This document shows, in pieces, positions 19,370-29,448 of a stretch of 64,000 bases of DNA. The position numbers and the translations under genes are program-made. The first letter of the stretch is position 1. Every line of letters starts with the position of its first letter. The notes under the pieces are model-generated. The model did not search any database. It was given only the letters and a program-made list of their open reading frames with translations, and was not told the origin of the DNA. The DNA is from Candidatus Saccharimonadota bacterium (lineage in GTDB: Bacteria > Patescibacteriota > Saccharimonadia > Saccharimonadales > SLHW01), in contig JAGXIU010000003.1 of assembly GCA_024635455.1 (NCBI GenBank), positions 354,446 to 418,445 on the forward strand, written 5' to 3'.

Positions 19370-19612
19370 TTAAATCTCAAACTTCTGTACGTGATCGTTT
19401 AGGTTGCTCAAAAATTCCTTGGCCTGCTTCCGGGTCAGAGAAACCCGAGCGACAATATGTTGTTGCTCAGGTTGTGGTAAAGCCTGCGCAAAGTTTAGCG
19501 TTACAACATGTTCGTTTGAGCCAATCAAGTACGAATCAGCATGTAATACCGGTGTTTTATTGGGGTCTAAGTTAAAGTTTACTTTCTTTTTATCATCTTT
19601 GGGCTTGTCCAT
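19370..19612 (-). CDS. DUF3467-like small protein
   Basis: 80 aa. The central pattern ...NEHVVTLNFAQ... resembles DUF3467 from memory. Confidence 0.4.
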   Translation of the reverse strand: MDKPKDDKKKVNFNLDPNKTPVLHADSYLIGSNEHVVTLNFAQALPQPEQQHIVARVSLTRKQAKEFLSNLNDHVQKFEI

Positions 19613-19670
19613 AAGAACTCCTTTATTTACTAGCTCTTCGTATCATAGCAGGAGAAGGTATACTTAAGCT

Positions 19671-20234
19671 ATGAACAAAGATGATCATATAGATGAGCGT
19701 TTAAAAGAGAATGGCGACCCACGCAATGTTATAGATAAATACAAAACGTGGCGCGTCAGCGCAATCAAGTCAGACTTAGCGGAACAAGCATTCCCGCTTC
19801 ACGTTGCAATTGAAAACTATCAGCACGACTATAATATCGGCTCAATCGTACGGAGCGCTAACGCCTGTAACGTCTCTGGTGTTCATATTATTGGGAAGCG
19901 ACACTGGAATCGCCGTGGTGCCATGGCAACAGAGAAATATTTAGAACTGTATCATCATGCATCAGTTTCAGATTTTCTAGATTGGACAAAGAAACAAAAT
20001 CTATCCGTTATCGGCATTGATAATATTCCGGGCAGCACATCACTACATAAGGCCGACCTGCCGAAACACGCTGTCTACGTGTTTGGTCAAGAGGGACCTG
20101 GCCTGTCAGAAGAAATGACCAAAGCGTGCCGAACAATCATTGCAATTGAACAGTTCGGCTCAACTCGATCAGTAAATGTTGGTGTAGCCGCAGGCATAAT
20201 ACTCTATCAATGGCTACAGCAGAACGTCCTCTAA
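19671..20234 (+). CDS. TrmH/SpoU-family RNA 2'-O-methyltransferase
   Basis: NIGSIVRSANA, VFGQEGPGLS and SVNVGVAAGIILY SPOUT motifs. Confidence 0.75.
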   Translation: MNKDDHIDERLKENGDPRNVIDKYKTWRVSAIKSDLAEQAFPLHVAIENYQHDYNIGSIVRSANACNVSGVHIIGKRHWNRRGAMATEKYLELYHHASVSDFLDWTKKQNLSVIGIDNIPGSTSLHKADLPKHAVYVFGQEGPGLSEEMTKACRTIIAIEQFGSTRSVNVGVAAGIILYQWLQQNVL

Positions 20235-20714
20235 CTAGCTAGACTCACCGACGCCGTCAGTGTTGAAGTCGACCCCAGCTGTATAAGCTGCCCAAGCTGC
20301 TTCTTCGGACTCACTAAGCTCAGTTGCACGTTGCGCCCAGTCAGAAACACTAGCTTTCTCTATATCGACAATTTCGTCAACATCAAGTAGTGGTGCGCCG
20401 GCTGATTGTGTCAGGTTTGTTTCAACAAATATAATCTGGGCTTGAGATAGATTAATGTCTTCTACTATACCAAGCGTCTGTACCGCTTTGCGAGCCATTA
20501 AGGTGTATGAGTCACCTGGTTGTGCTTCATAGGTGTAGGCAGCAGGCGCCTCTTCGACAACTTCGTTATTCGCCTCGTCCTCAGTCGTTTGCGTATCGAG
20601 TATTTCCTGCGCCAAAACGCTGTCATTCTGTAGAACTGAGCTTGTGGTTGCTAGGAAGAATGCCGCCGAGAACAAGAACACAAAAACACTACTTGTGAGC
20701 ATTAGTTTTATCAT
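20235..20714 (-). CDS. secreted hypothetical protein with LysM-like segment
   Basis: Signal peptide; YEAQPGDSYTLMARKA resembles a LysM start. Confidence 0.4.
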   Translation of the reverse strand: MIKLMLTSSVFVFLFSAAFFLATTSSVLQNDSVLAQEILDTQTTEDEANNEVVEEAPAAYTYEAQPGDSYTLMARKAVQTLGIVEDINLSQAQIIFVETNLTQSAGAPLLDVDEIVDIEKASVSDWAQRATELSESEEAAWAAYTAGVDFNTDGVGESS

Positions 20715-20805
20715 TATGTACCCCTTATCCCCACCACTTTTGTTTTATAGTTACAATACGTATTGTAGCAACCTGTCAAATTAAGCACAAGGGTGTTATG
20801 CAATC

Positions 20806-21711
20806 TTAGCTGTGCGTATCTCTCTGGGCTATATTTTCCTTGGAGTAGTCCGTAAAAATTATTGAAGTCGGTGTTAGCTTAACTATAACGTACGTACCTT
20901 CCTTTAGTGAAGTAACTGGTGGTCGGTAGCTCCCTTCGCTATATGATCGCTCCTGGATCATATGGTCAAATATGTCTCGCTGTTTCTTGTGATCGGCCTC
21001 TAAGCTGGCGATTGCTTGGATTTGGGCTGTCTTCATCGACCCGGGCTCATAAATTGTCAACGCCGACTTCCCATTGGACATGACTGAACGGGCTTTGCGA
21101 CTTGCGGACTTGGTTAATACATATAAGTAGCTATCGCCGTCGAGCACATAATGCACAACAGCACCGCTGACAGTATCATCCCTGTCGTCATACGTAGAGA
21201 GCACGCCAACGTCATTGTTACGGATGAATTCGGTAGCGTCTTTATTTGGTATATCCATAATTACTAAGGAGTCGTTCAGCTCTTCATAATACCGACCACT
21301 ACGCTGATCATACTGGCCACCGCTTAAGCGCCGAGATTCGATGTATTGAGTAAAAGTGGCGGCAGCTGAGGTATTAACAAATCGTAGAGCGTACTGTTTG
21401 CCTCTGGTTAACAACGTTACCGATGCGAACATGCCGAGCTGGTTTGACGTGACACCAGATACGATATCATACGTCAGTATATCTTTAGTGACAAAAAACG
21501 GCTTTTTATCAAGATAGATTACCCTCTTATCGGTGGCGACCACAAGGCACCAACCGTCCGGGCCAAGACCATACACTGCAGCGCCGATTTTTTCATCATG
21601 ATAAATAATTGAGGGGAGGAAGCGACATTCTGCTCGCAAGACGGTGAAGGAACCTAGGCCTGCTTCTTGAAGCTGCTTACGGACACGCTCTGTGTGTTTA
21701 TAGTCCTTCAT
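20806..21711 (-). CDS. fusion of a bacterial PH-like domain and a pyridoxamine-5'-phosphate-oxidase-like (general stress protein 26-like) domain
   Basis: C-terminal half ATEFIRNNDVGVLSTYD...AVVHYVLDGDSYLYVLTKSASRKARS matches the PNPOx-like split barrel. The N-terminal half is YokE-like. Confidence 0.5.
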   Translation of the reverse strand: MKDYKHTERVRKQLQEAGLGSFTVLRAECRFLPSIIYHDEKIGAAVYGLGPDGWCLVVATDKRVIYLDKKPFFVTKDILTYDIVSGVTSNQLGMFASVTLLTRGKQYALRFVNTSAAATFTQYIESRRLSGGQYDQRSGRYYEELNDSLVIMDIPNKDATEFIRNNDVGVLSTYDDRDDTVSGAVVHYVLDGDSYLYVLTKSASRKARSVMSNGKSALTIYEPGSMKTAQIQAIASLEADHKKQRDIFDHMIQERSYSEGSYRPPVTSLKEGTYVIVKLTPTSIIFTDYSKENIAQRDTHS

Positions 21712-21899
21712 ATCTTCACCCTTTCTTCATGCGTAGTACTTGGTTAGCACTACAGGCCCAATACCATTATGACAGGAATTGTCGAACAATAAAATATAGT
21801 CCGATTAAGGCAATTAGCCCAACAAGTGCTTCTGCGGCGCTAATCATAGCCGATAATCGGTATACTGTAGATGCTTATCGGTGGTATAGTTGCACACTA

Positions 21900-22649
21900 A
21901 TGGAGAATGATGATTTGGCTTTTCAGCAACGGAGACGTCGCTTTTCTATGGTCTTGCTCGTATGCTTATGCGTCATCGGCTATGGTCTTTTTCAGTCTTT
22001 GCAGAGTAATCAGCCTATAGATGAGCCCACTGCTGATCCTTCAGTACTCTCACAACGCATAGCCTCAGGTGAATATACGCGTGCCATTGAAGCGCTCGGA
22101 CAACTTGCAGTAGCTGGAAGGGTGAGCCAAGTAGGCTATGACAGAAGTAAATTTAGCCAAGGTTGGGCCGACTATGAGGGTTGCGATATGCGCAATCGAA
22201 TTCTTCAGCGTGATCTAGTTGATACGATTCTAGATAAAGATAACTGCATTGTCTTGCGTGGCACACTCAAATCTGGTCCATACAGTGGAAAGGATATTCT
22301 ATTTGAACGCGGTGTTGGCACGAGCGGTGCAATCCATATAGAGCATGTTGTCGCAGTATCTGATGCTTGGCAAAAAGGGGCGCAAGACTTATCCAGGCAA
22401 GAGCGCCGTCAATTCTATAATGATCCACTAAACCTGATTGCTGTTGATGGACCAACCAACCAAGACAAAGGCAGCCAAGATGCCAGCGCTTGGTTACCAC
22501 AAAGGTCCTATCGATGCCGTTATATTGCTCGACAGATTGCAGTAAAGTTACGATACAGCCTCTGGCTCTCGCCGCCTGAACATCAAGCCATGCAGAAACA
22601 GCTGCAAACCTGCCCACTGCAAGTATTACCTATCCAAAAAGAAGAGTAG
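21900..22649 (+). CDS. membrane-anchored/secreted HNH-type nuclease (DUF1524/GmrSD C-terminal-like)
   Basis: TM anchor, then IHIEHVVAVSDAW...NLIAVDGPTNQDKGSQDASAW. Start moved to MENDD. Confidence 0.6.
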   Translation: MENDDLAFQQRRRRFSMVLLVCLCVIGYGLFQSLQSNQPIDEPTADPSVLSQRIASGEYTRAIEALGQLAVAGRVSQVGYDRSKFSQGWADYEGCDMRNRILQRDLVDTILDKDNCIVLRGTLKSGPYSGKDILFERGVGTSGAIHIEHVVAVSDAWQKGAQDLSRQERRQFYNDPLNLIAVDGPTNQDKGSQDASAWLPQRSYRCRYIARQIAVKLRYSLWLSPPEHQAMQKQLQTCPLQVLPIQKEE

Positions 22650-22653
22650 CTCA

Positions 22654-24120
22654 ATGCGCCGCATAGACGCCATATTAAGAAAAAACGTACACATATCTTG
22701 GCAGATTGCTTGGACGGCAGCTGGAATTCTGTGTGGTGCTCTGATCTCAGATTTTATGCCATATACTTATTTTACTGGGCTGGACTGGCTAGTAATAACT
22801 GTTTCTGTCTACATTATTGCTTTCCTGCGTAGGAGTGGATTTGCAATAATTTTAGCCTTACTGGCAGGACTATGTCTCGGTCTATACGTTGGGGCGCAGA
22901 CACAAGCTAATCTCGCAGAATTTGAACAATTGTATGGTAAAGATGTAACGATACAAGGTACTGTTGCAGACGACACGACAAGAAGCCAATCGGGTGATCA
23001 ACGTATTAAATTACGTGACCTAAAAATCTCTGGTAAGCCAAAAAACGGTACCATATGGGCAAGTAGTCAGACTGAAGTCGAGATTAAGCGCGGAGACTAT
23101 GCTTCACTATCGGGAGTTGTCAGTCCAGGTTTTGGCACGATGCACGCAGCGCTTTTTGAGGCACAACTAACAGATATCCTACGGCCAGTCCCTGGCGATA
23201 TTACGCGAGTCGCTCGAGATAACTTTGCAGATAAAGTCGAACAACACATTAGCCAACCCCAAGCTAGTTTGGGGATAAGCTTTCTAGTCGGGCAACGGAG
23301 CGCCCTTCCAACCATTATTCAAGATATGTTTCGTGATCTCGGTTTAGTTCATCTGGTTGTAGCGAGCGGTTTTCACTTAACTATTGTGGTCCGCTTTGCT
23401 CGAAGGCTTTTTGCTGGTCAATCTAAATATATTGCAACAGCAACCAGCTTCATGCTCATAGCAGGCTTTTTGCTCCTGACTGGCTTTAGCACCTCAATGG
23501 TGCGCGCCTCCCTCGTTACTGGGCTTAGTTTGCTGGCATGGTATTACGGTCGGTCTATTCATCCTGTGGTACTTTTACTGGTTGTTGCCGCCATCACAGT
23601 GCTTATAAACCCACTGTACATTTTAGGTGATATGGCCTGGTATCTTTCATTTGCTGCATTTTCAGGTGTAATAATTCTTGCGCCACTCTTGCATGCATAT
23701 TTTTGGCATCCAGATAAAAAACCAGGCTTTATACGTTACTTAATTATTGCTACTACATCCGCTCAGATCACGACATTTCCAATTATCGCCGTAACCTTCG
23801 AGCAGTATTCTCCACTTGCGCTCCTGTCGAACTTACTAGTACTGCCACTTGTACCAGTTGTCATGATGGGTACGTTTTTAGTTGGCGTAAATAGCTTTTT
23901 ATTACCGTGGCTAGCGACCACGTTGGCCATACCGACGCAATGGGGGCTGCACTATATCACAACTGTGGCCGAATATTTAACTACACTTCCATGGGCTACT
24001 AGCTCCGTGTCAATCAGCAGTTTGACCGTCATACTCTACTACGCGTTTGTATTGTTCGCTGTCGTTTATATGCAACGAGTCACAAGCTACGATATACGCA
24101 CAGAAAATCCTATAGATTAA
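22654..24120 (+). CDS. comEC: ComEC/Rec2 DNA internalisation channel (no C-terminal metallo-beta-lactamase domain)
   Basis: N-terminal OB/DUF4131-like part, then the competence-domain TM bundle (LGLVHLVVASGFHL, STSMVRASLV). Confidence 0.8.
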   Translation: MRRIDAILRKNVHISWQIAWTAAGILCGALISDFMPYTYFTGLDWLVITVSVYIIAFLRRSGFAIILALLAGLCLGLYVGAQTQANLAEFEQLYGKDVTIQGTVADDTTRSQSGDQRIKLRDLKISGKPKNGTIWASSQTEVEIKRGDYASLSGVVSPGFGTMHAALFEAQLTDILRPVPGDITRVARDNFADKVEQHISQPQASLGISFLVGQRSALPTIIQDMFRDLGLVHLVVASGFHLTIVVRFARRLFAGQSKYIATATSFMLIAGFLLLTGFSTSMVRASLVTGLSLLAWYYGRSIHPVVLLLVVAAITVLINPLYILGDMAWYLSFAAFSGVIILAPLLHAYFWHPDKKPGFIRYLIIATTSAQITTFPIIAVTFEQYSPLALLSNLLVLPLVPVVMMGTFLVGVNSFLLPWLATTLAIPTQWGLHYITTVAEYLTTLPWATSSVSISSLTVILYYAFVLFAVVYMQRVTSYDIRTENPID

Positions 24121-24200
24121 AGTTTTCTGCTCTGTTTCATATCCATCATTACGTCTTGGGTAGACATCGATTTGTAATACCACCTGTAATGAACTAGTGG

Positions 24201-24932
24201 TTAATCTTTAGTGCCCTTGTATGCGTTGACTATACGAACCGCCTCATGCAGATCGTCAGTTATTACATACAGGTCTCTATCTTCTGGACTTATAGTTTTA
24301 GTCTGCTCTACTAAAACAGACTTGATAAAGCTATCAAGTGGCTTCCAGAACTCAGAACCAACCAGAATAACGGGGATTGGCTTGATCCGCTTGGTTTGCT
24401 TCAATGTTAGTATTTCAAAAAGCTCATCAAGTGTACCGAACCCACCCGGGAAATAAACATAGGCACGAGCCGCAAAAGATAACGCTACTTTTCTACTAAA
24501 GAAATAGTAGAAATCAACTGATCGGTTCACATATCCATTCGTAACCTGTTCGTGAGGGAGCTGTATTGTCATACCAATTGATACCCCATGTTCATCAGCG
24601 GCACCTCGATTAGCTGCCTCCATTATGCCGGGGCCACCTCCTGTGACAACAGAAGCGCCTGTACCGCGCACGATCATATCAGCAAGTCTTCGGGCTGTTT
24701 TATAATGTTCGTTCTGTTCATCGAAACGAGCAGACCCGAAAAATGTCACCGTATTTTTATGATGCTTCAGCAACTCAAATGTCTGCTTAAACTCTTTATT
24801 AATCTGTTTCATGCGCTTGTGCGTCGATACACTATCAATATCGTTAATGTGCAATTTCTCTGCACGGGAAATAGGCTTCAGCGCTGAACCATGCCGCAAT
24901 GCTTTTTTAATAAACTTTTTTATTTTTTTCAT
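24201..24932 (-). CDS. LOG family protein (TIGR00730; nucleotide 5'-monophosphate nucleosidase/cytokinin riboside phosphoribohydrolase-like)
   Basis: TGGGPGIMEAANRGA and PGGFGTLDELFE motifs. Confidence 0.85.
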   Translation of the reverse strand: MKKIKKFIKKALRHGSALKPISRAEKLHINDIDSVSTHKRMKQINKEFKQTFELLKHHKNTVTFFGSARFDEQNEHYKTARRLADMIVRGTGASVVTGGGPGIMEAANRGAADEHGVSIGMTIQLPHEQVTNGYVNRSVDFYYFFSRKVALSFAARAYVYFPGGFGTLDELFEILTLKQTKRIKPIPVILVGSEFWKPLDSFIKSVLVEQTKTISPEDRDLYVITDDLHEAVRIVNAYKGTKD

Positions 24933-25027
24933 ATCTACTACTGTTTAGATTACAGAAATATCTGCAAGAATGCAAAGCATGATCGTTTTTCCTACAGATT
25001 GCACCATGAGTCAGCTATACTGGTCGC

Positions 25028-25720
25028 ATGCAATTACGATTACCAAGACCAAAAAACAAACCCTGGCCACTATTTCAGCAGTTCCTATCCTCGAAGCCGC
25101 TCTTGCTCGTCATCAGTATATTCAACTGGCCACGCCGTATCATACGTCGGCTGTACGCCTGGGTTGTAGGTTGGTCAGAAAGTAAAAACGCAGAACGAGC
25201 ACTCGGTGCAATAGCGGTGGCAGAAAGCTCATTTTTTCCAATCCCCCCTGATCCGCTACTGATTGCCATGACGACAGTACAACCAAAAAAATACCTCCGC
25301 TTTGCCCTGATATGTACAATCGGCAGCGTGATTGGTGGCGCTATAGGTTATGCGATTGGTGTTGGGCTTTTTGAGACAATCGGCGCCTGGGTCGTGGAAA
25401 CTTACCACCTACAACATGAGTTCGATATCGTTGGCCAGCGCTATGGACAAAACGCGTTCCTGGCAATTGTTACTGCTGGGTTTACGCCCATCCCGTATAA
25501 GCTATTCACTATTGCTGCGGGAGTATTTCAGGTAAATTTTTTCGTGTTTATTATTGCCTCAGTTATTGGTCGCGGCGGAAGATTCTTCGCTGTTGCAGGC
25601 GCGATGCATTTTTTTGGTAAACGATATAAAGATAAGATAGAAAAGTATATCGACCTACTTTCCCTCGCGTTCGTAGCGTTACTTATTTTAGGTTTTTTTG
25701 CGATTAGCTATTTACTCTAG
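25028..25720 (+). CDS. YqaA/DedA-related (SNARE-associated domain) membrane protein
   Basis: RRLYAWVVGWSESKNAERALGAIAVAESSFFPIPPDPLLIAM is the YqaA N-terminal pattern. Exact start uncertain. Confidence 0.65.
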   Translation: MQLRLPRPKNKPWPLFQQFLSSKPLLLVISIFNWPRRIIRRLYAWVVGWSESKNAERALGAIAVAESSFFPIPPDPLLIAMTTVQPKKYLRFALICTIGSVIGGAIGYAIGVGLFETIGAWVVETYHLQHEFDIVGQRYGQNAFLAIVTAGFTPIPYKLFTIAAGVFQVNFFVFIIASVIGRGGRFFAVAGAMHFFGKRYKDKIEKYIDLLSLAFVALLILGFFAISYLL

Positions 25721-26711
25721 CAACTTCTTCAGAGGAGATTTTCTCGTTTCGAAAGCTATCGACTCCTGCACTGACGAGTAGCGCCATAGGTACGGCCAAT
25801 AGACCACCTAAGATACCGTAGAGAATAGTACCAATCAGGAATGACACGAGTACCACGATTGGGTGCAGGTGTACTGCTCGACCCATGAGCAACGGCGAGA
25901 GTATCTGACTCTCTAGTTGTTGGATAATAATATAGACTGCGGTAACGATTAGGCCAAACTCAAACGATTCAGATAATCCAAACAAAATTGCCGGAACGGA
26001 CGCAAGGATTGGGCCAATCAACGGAATAATCTCCAGCAATGCTGCGATAATACCGAGCACTCCGGCAAATGGCACACCAATAGCTAACATCGCCAGCCAA
26101 ACCGTCACACCAACCGCACTACTAATCAACATTTGGCCTAAGAACCAACGGCTCAACTTAACTTCTGCTCGTAGCCAAATATCCTCAGCCCGCACCTGAT
26201 ATTCTTTTGGAACATAGGAAACAAGCGTTTTCTTTATTGGGTCATAGCCGCGCAACCAATACATCGTTAGGACCAATATAGTCAACAATACACCGAATGC
26301 CTGTGCCAATGTCACACTAATCAAAAGGGCTAAAGAACCGATATCAGTAAATCTTTCTCGGACTATTTGGCGGAAGTCCTGCTCTTCTATTCCAAGTGCT
26401 TCAACAATCGGAAACCGACCGAACAAACTCGGCAGCTCGCCAAAGAACTTTGGTAACTCTTGAGCTAACGATGGAGCTATATAAAAACCAATACCGGTGA
26501 GTAAACCGACAAATGCGAGCAATGGTGTGAGTACAGCAATAAATGAAGGTAGTTTATACCGATGCAATATTCGAACAAACGGCAGGATAATAATAGTCAG
26601 CATAAATGCAATCAACACGATCAAAGCAACCAGGCGTAGGTGCCAAAGTGCAATTAAAGCGAGCACTATAGCGAGAAGACGATAAATTTGTTTTATAGTA
26701 ATGGTGTTCAT
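25704..26711 (-). CDS. AI-2E family transporter (second copy)
   Basis: 8 TM topology and family-typical C-terminal segment. Start moved to MNTITIK. Confidence 0.75.
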   Translation of the reverse strand: MNTITIKQIYRLLAIVLALIALWHLRLVALIVLIAFMLTIIILPFVRILHRYKLPSFIAVLTPLLAFVGLLTGIGFYIAPSLAQELPKFFGELPSLFGRFPIVEALGIEEQDFRQIVRERFTDIGSLALLISVTLAQAFGVLLTILVLTMYWLRGYDPIKKTLVSYVPKEYQVRAEDIWLRAEVKLSRWFLGQMLISSAVGVTVWLAMLAIGVPFAGVLGIIAALLEIIPLIGPILASVPAILFGLSESFEFGLIVTAVYIIIQQLESQILSPLLMGRAVHLHPIVVLVSFLIGTILYGILGGLLAVPMALLVSAGVDSFRNEKISSEEVARVNS

Positions 26712-26826
26712 ATACCTAATTCTTGTTACTGCAACTTTATATGTAGTAGTGTAACACTTTTTCAATACGTATAAGGCAACACGAGGTGGCTCGGTATGCT
26801 ACAGTTTAGATAAACATACAATCCTT

Positions 26827-27798
26827 ATGAGCAACTACCATAAACAAAAAACTGACGTAATAACCACCGACGAGCGAAACACCCTCATAGCAAATTTACT
26901 TCTACTGGATACGAATAAAGGGAAGCTTCATCAACCAAAAGATGCCTATTTTAATGGTGTTATTGGATTAAATCATCTAGCATCAGACATTGTTACCTGG
27001 CTTGGGTTTCAAGTAGTATCAATAGATGTAATAACCACTAAAGACGCTTCGTGGAGCGCTCATAGCACCGAGTCGACGAAAGAGATACGTATCCCTGAAG
27101 CTATAATAAGCCAACACCCTTTTCTAGCTTTATACTATACTTGCCTCGCTGTATGCTCCCTGTTAACAGATGAACATATCACTGACACGTCCCTTTCTTG
27201 TTCCGCTAAGCAAGAATTAATGGAGCATTTTAGTATCGAGGCTGGCTTGGGCATCTACGGCATGAATGCGCTGTACGACACAGATGTTCACAACACAACA
27301 GAGACGAGTAACCAAGTACTCGAGTTCATCGCTCCGGGACACTACAAACAGCTATTCGCAGCATATTGCAATAACAATAATATAGCTTTTACCTCTTATG
27401 AGCAGGGTTTGCTACCTGCTGCTCAGGATGCCTTACAGCTACACTCGCCCAAAAGTAAACGAAAAAGTTTTGTCCGACGCTACTTACAAAAGCATAAAAC
27501 TAACAAAGAAAGATTTGCACTTACCATGCTCAGTATGGTGTTTCTGGCTACATTTTTATTTATGCTTTGGCCATATATACCGAAACCACTCAACCAAGAC
27601 CAGCGTGCGATGCAGTCAGAAATTATCTCACTGAAGCAACGATATGATGATTGTCAAAGTGTCCTCACTCAAATGCATGAAAGCATCATAGAGCCAGACA
27701 TACTCAGCTCCAGAAGCCTGCAGAAGCAATCTCAAGTCTGCTCATCGCTCAAACAAGAACACGATAAGCTAGTCAATCGCTATAACCGCTCTCTGTAG
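26827..27798 (+). CDS. hypothetical protein with one TM and C-terminal coiled region
   Basis: ORF only. Confidence 0.4.
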   Translation: MSNYHKQKTDVITTDERNTLIANLLLLDTNKGKLHQPKDAYFNGVIGLNHLASDIVTWLGFQVVSIDVITTKDASWSAHSTESTKEIRIPEAIISQHPFLALYYTCLAVCSLLTDEHITDTSLSCSAKQELMEHFSIEAGLGIYGMNALYDTDVHNTTETSNQVLEFIAPGHYKQLFAAYCNNNNIAFTSYEQGLLPAAQDALQLHSPKSKRKSFVRRYLQKHKTNKERFALTMLSMVFLATFLFMLWPYIPKPLNQDQRAMQSEIISLKQRYDDCQSVLTQMHESIIEPDILSSRSLQKQSQVCSSLKQEHDKLVNRYNRSL

Positions 27799-28093
27799 TA
27801 TCGGTTCGATACACGCGCCTTTTATGACGAGGCCATATAACAACACCGCGCAGCACAGAAGTCGGAAGCCAGCCGAACGCATCACTGTCGGTGCTCATCT
27901 GGGGGTTATCACCTGCAACGTATATACGGTTGTCTCGTAACTTCTCTATTCGCTTTAGCTTCTCTTTGCCCTCATGGCTAAATATTACGATGTCTCCAGG
28001 CTGAGCCCGTCGCGTCTTTCGGCCAATAATAATCTGGCCTGGCCGAAGCGTAGGAAGCATGCTTTTTCCATATACTCGCCGTAGAAAAATCAT
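27773..28093 (-). CDS. sodX: S26-family signal-peptidase-like protease, nickel-SOD maturation protease
   Basis: GKSMLPTL catalytic Ser motif, GDIVIF, ...KRI... Lys region. Sits immediately downstream of sodN. Confidence 0.7.
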   Translation of the reverse strand: MIFLRRVYGKSMLPTLRPGQIIIGRKTRRAQPGDIVIFSHEGKEKLKRIEKLRDNRIYVAGDNPQMSTDSDAFGWLPTSVLRGVVIWPRHKRRVYRTDTTESGYSD

Positions 28094-28126
28094 TGAATCA
28101 CCGTGCTACTTGGGTTACGCAGACAG

Positions 28127-28504
28127 TTATTTTGTTGACTCAAACCACTCACTGACCTCAGCAATCAGATCAAGTAGCTTTTGGCTATCAGACGTGTCGG
28201 TAGATTTTTTTGCCTGGCCAGCTTGTTTTGTTGCCCGCCAAAAAAGATCATGTAAATCTGGTGTAGCCTCTACGTGCTCCGGTTTCGCATAATCAGTCCA
28301 TATAACCCACAGGTGATGCTTGACAAGCTCTAGCCGCTGTTCTTTTATCATAACGGCACGCCATTTGTCTTCTTGGTTCAAACCATCGTACTTTTGGTTT
28401 ATACCGTGCACCGACTCGGCTTCGATTCGGGCTTGATCCGGATCATATACCCCACACGGAAGATCACAGTGCGCATATACTGGTGCAATCGAAAATTTCT
28501 TCAT
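28127..28504 (-). CDS. sodN: nickel-containing superoxide dismutase precursor
   Basis: Pro-peptide MKKFSIAPVYA followed by the Ni-hook HCDLPCGVYDP. Confidence 0.9.
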   Translation of the reverse strand: MKKFSIAPVYAHCDLPCGVYDPDQARIEAESVHGINQKYDGLNQEDKWRAVMIKEQRLELVKHHLWVIWTDYAKPEHVEATPDLHDLFWRATKQAGQAKKSTDTSDSQKLLDLIAEVSEWFESTK

Positions 28505-28564
28505 AAATATTTACCTTCCTTTTAGATTATTTGCTGTCTCCAGTATAGCAACTCGTGCTAGTAG

Positions 28565-29224
28565 TTATGATCTCTTGTGGCTTTTGCTTTTGCTTTTTCG
28601 CCACGCCGCAATTTCTCCATGATTGCCACTCAGTAAAACATCTGGTACTGACATATCCTGGAACTCAGCTGGACGAGTATATTGTGGGAATTCGAGTGTT
28701 TCTCCGTCAGAAAAACTTTCTATTTCCGCACTTTGCTCTCCGCCTAACACACCAGGTATAAGGCGAACGGTCGCATCTATAATCACCATAGCAGGAAGTT
28801 CGCCACCAGTTAATACATAATCACCAATTGATATTTGCTCATCCACGAGCTCTGTAATCCGCTCATCATATCCCTCATAGCGACCACAAATAAATATCAT
28901 GCCAGTTTGCCTGGTAGATAGGTCACGCGCATAAGCTTGGTCAAATCTGTGACCACGAGGTGTCATCAAGAATACCTGTGCGTCCGGATCTCGCGACTTA
29001 CAATCTTCAACTGCAGCAAACACTGGCTCTGGACGAAGTAGCATACCATCACCACCACCGTACGGCGTGTCATCAACAGTACGTCTCGGACCAATGCCAA
29101 AATCGCGCAAGTTGACATACCGATAAGAGACAACTTCGCTGTCTTTCGCCTTCTTGAGCATACTTGTTTCTAGCACTGCTGGAAACATATCGGGAAATAT
29201 ACTAATTATCTGAATTTGTTTCAT
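28565..29224 (-). CDS. trmD: tRNA (guanine37-N1)-methyltransferase
   Basis: IISIFPDMF, DDTPYGGGDGM, ICGRYEGYDERI, SIGDYVLTGGELPAM motifs. Start moved to MKQIQ. Confidence 0.9.
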   Translation of the reverse strand: MKQIQIISIFPDMFPAVLETSMLKKAKDSEVVSYRYVNLRDFGIGPRRTVDDTPYGGGDGMLLRPEPVFAAVEDCKSRDPDAQVFLMTPRGHRFDQAYARDLSTRQTGMIFICGRYEGYDERITELVDEQISIGDYVLTGGELPAMVIIDATVRLIPGVLGGEQSAEIESFSDGETLEFPQYTRPAEFQDMSVPDVLLSGNHGEIAAWRKSKSKSHKRS

Positions 29225-29246
29225 GTACCACTGTATTCTACCACGC

Positions 29247-29291
29247 AAAAAAAAGAGACCCAGATACTATTTATCATAGTTATCGGGTCTC
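29247..29291 (-). terminator. rho-independent terminator between the KH-protein gene and trmD
   Basis: GAGACCCGATA...TATCTGGGTCTC hairpin followed by T8 on the minus strand. TAGAAT lies 10 nt before the trmD ATG. Confidence 0.55.
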
Positions 29292-29448
29292 GTTTTAACA
29301 CATAAAGCTCCCATCGTATTCGATGGCTCGCAATGAGCTTGTCGTTTTTGTTTTTTGTAATGTGCTTTCGTAAAGTTACCAACAACTCTAGCGAATATAA
29401 CTATACCTGGTTCTGCTCGCAGGTGCAAGCGTTTTATGTACGATTGGA

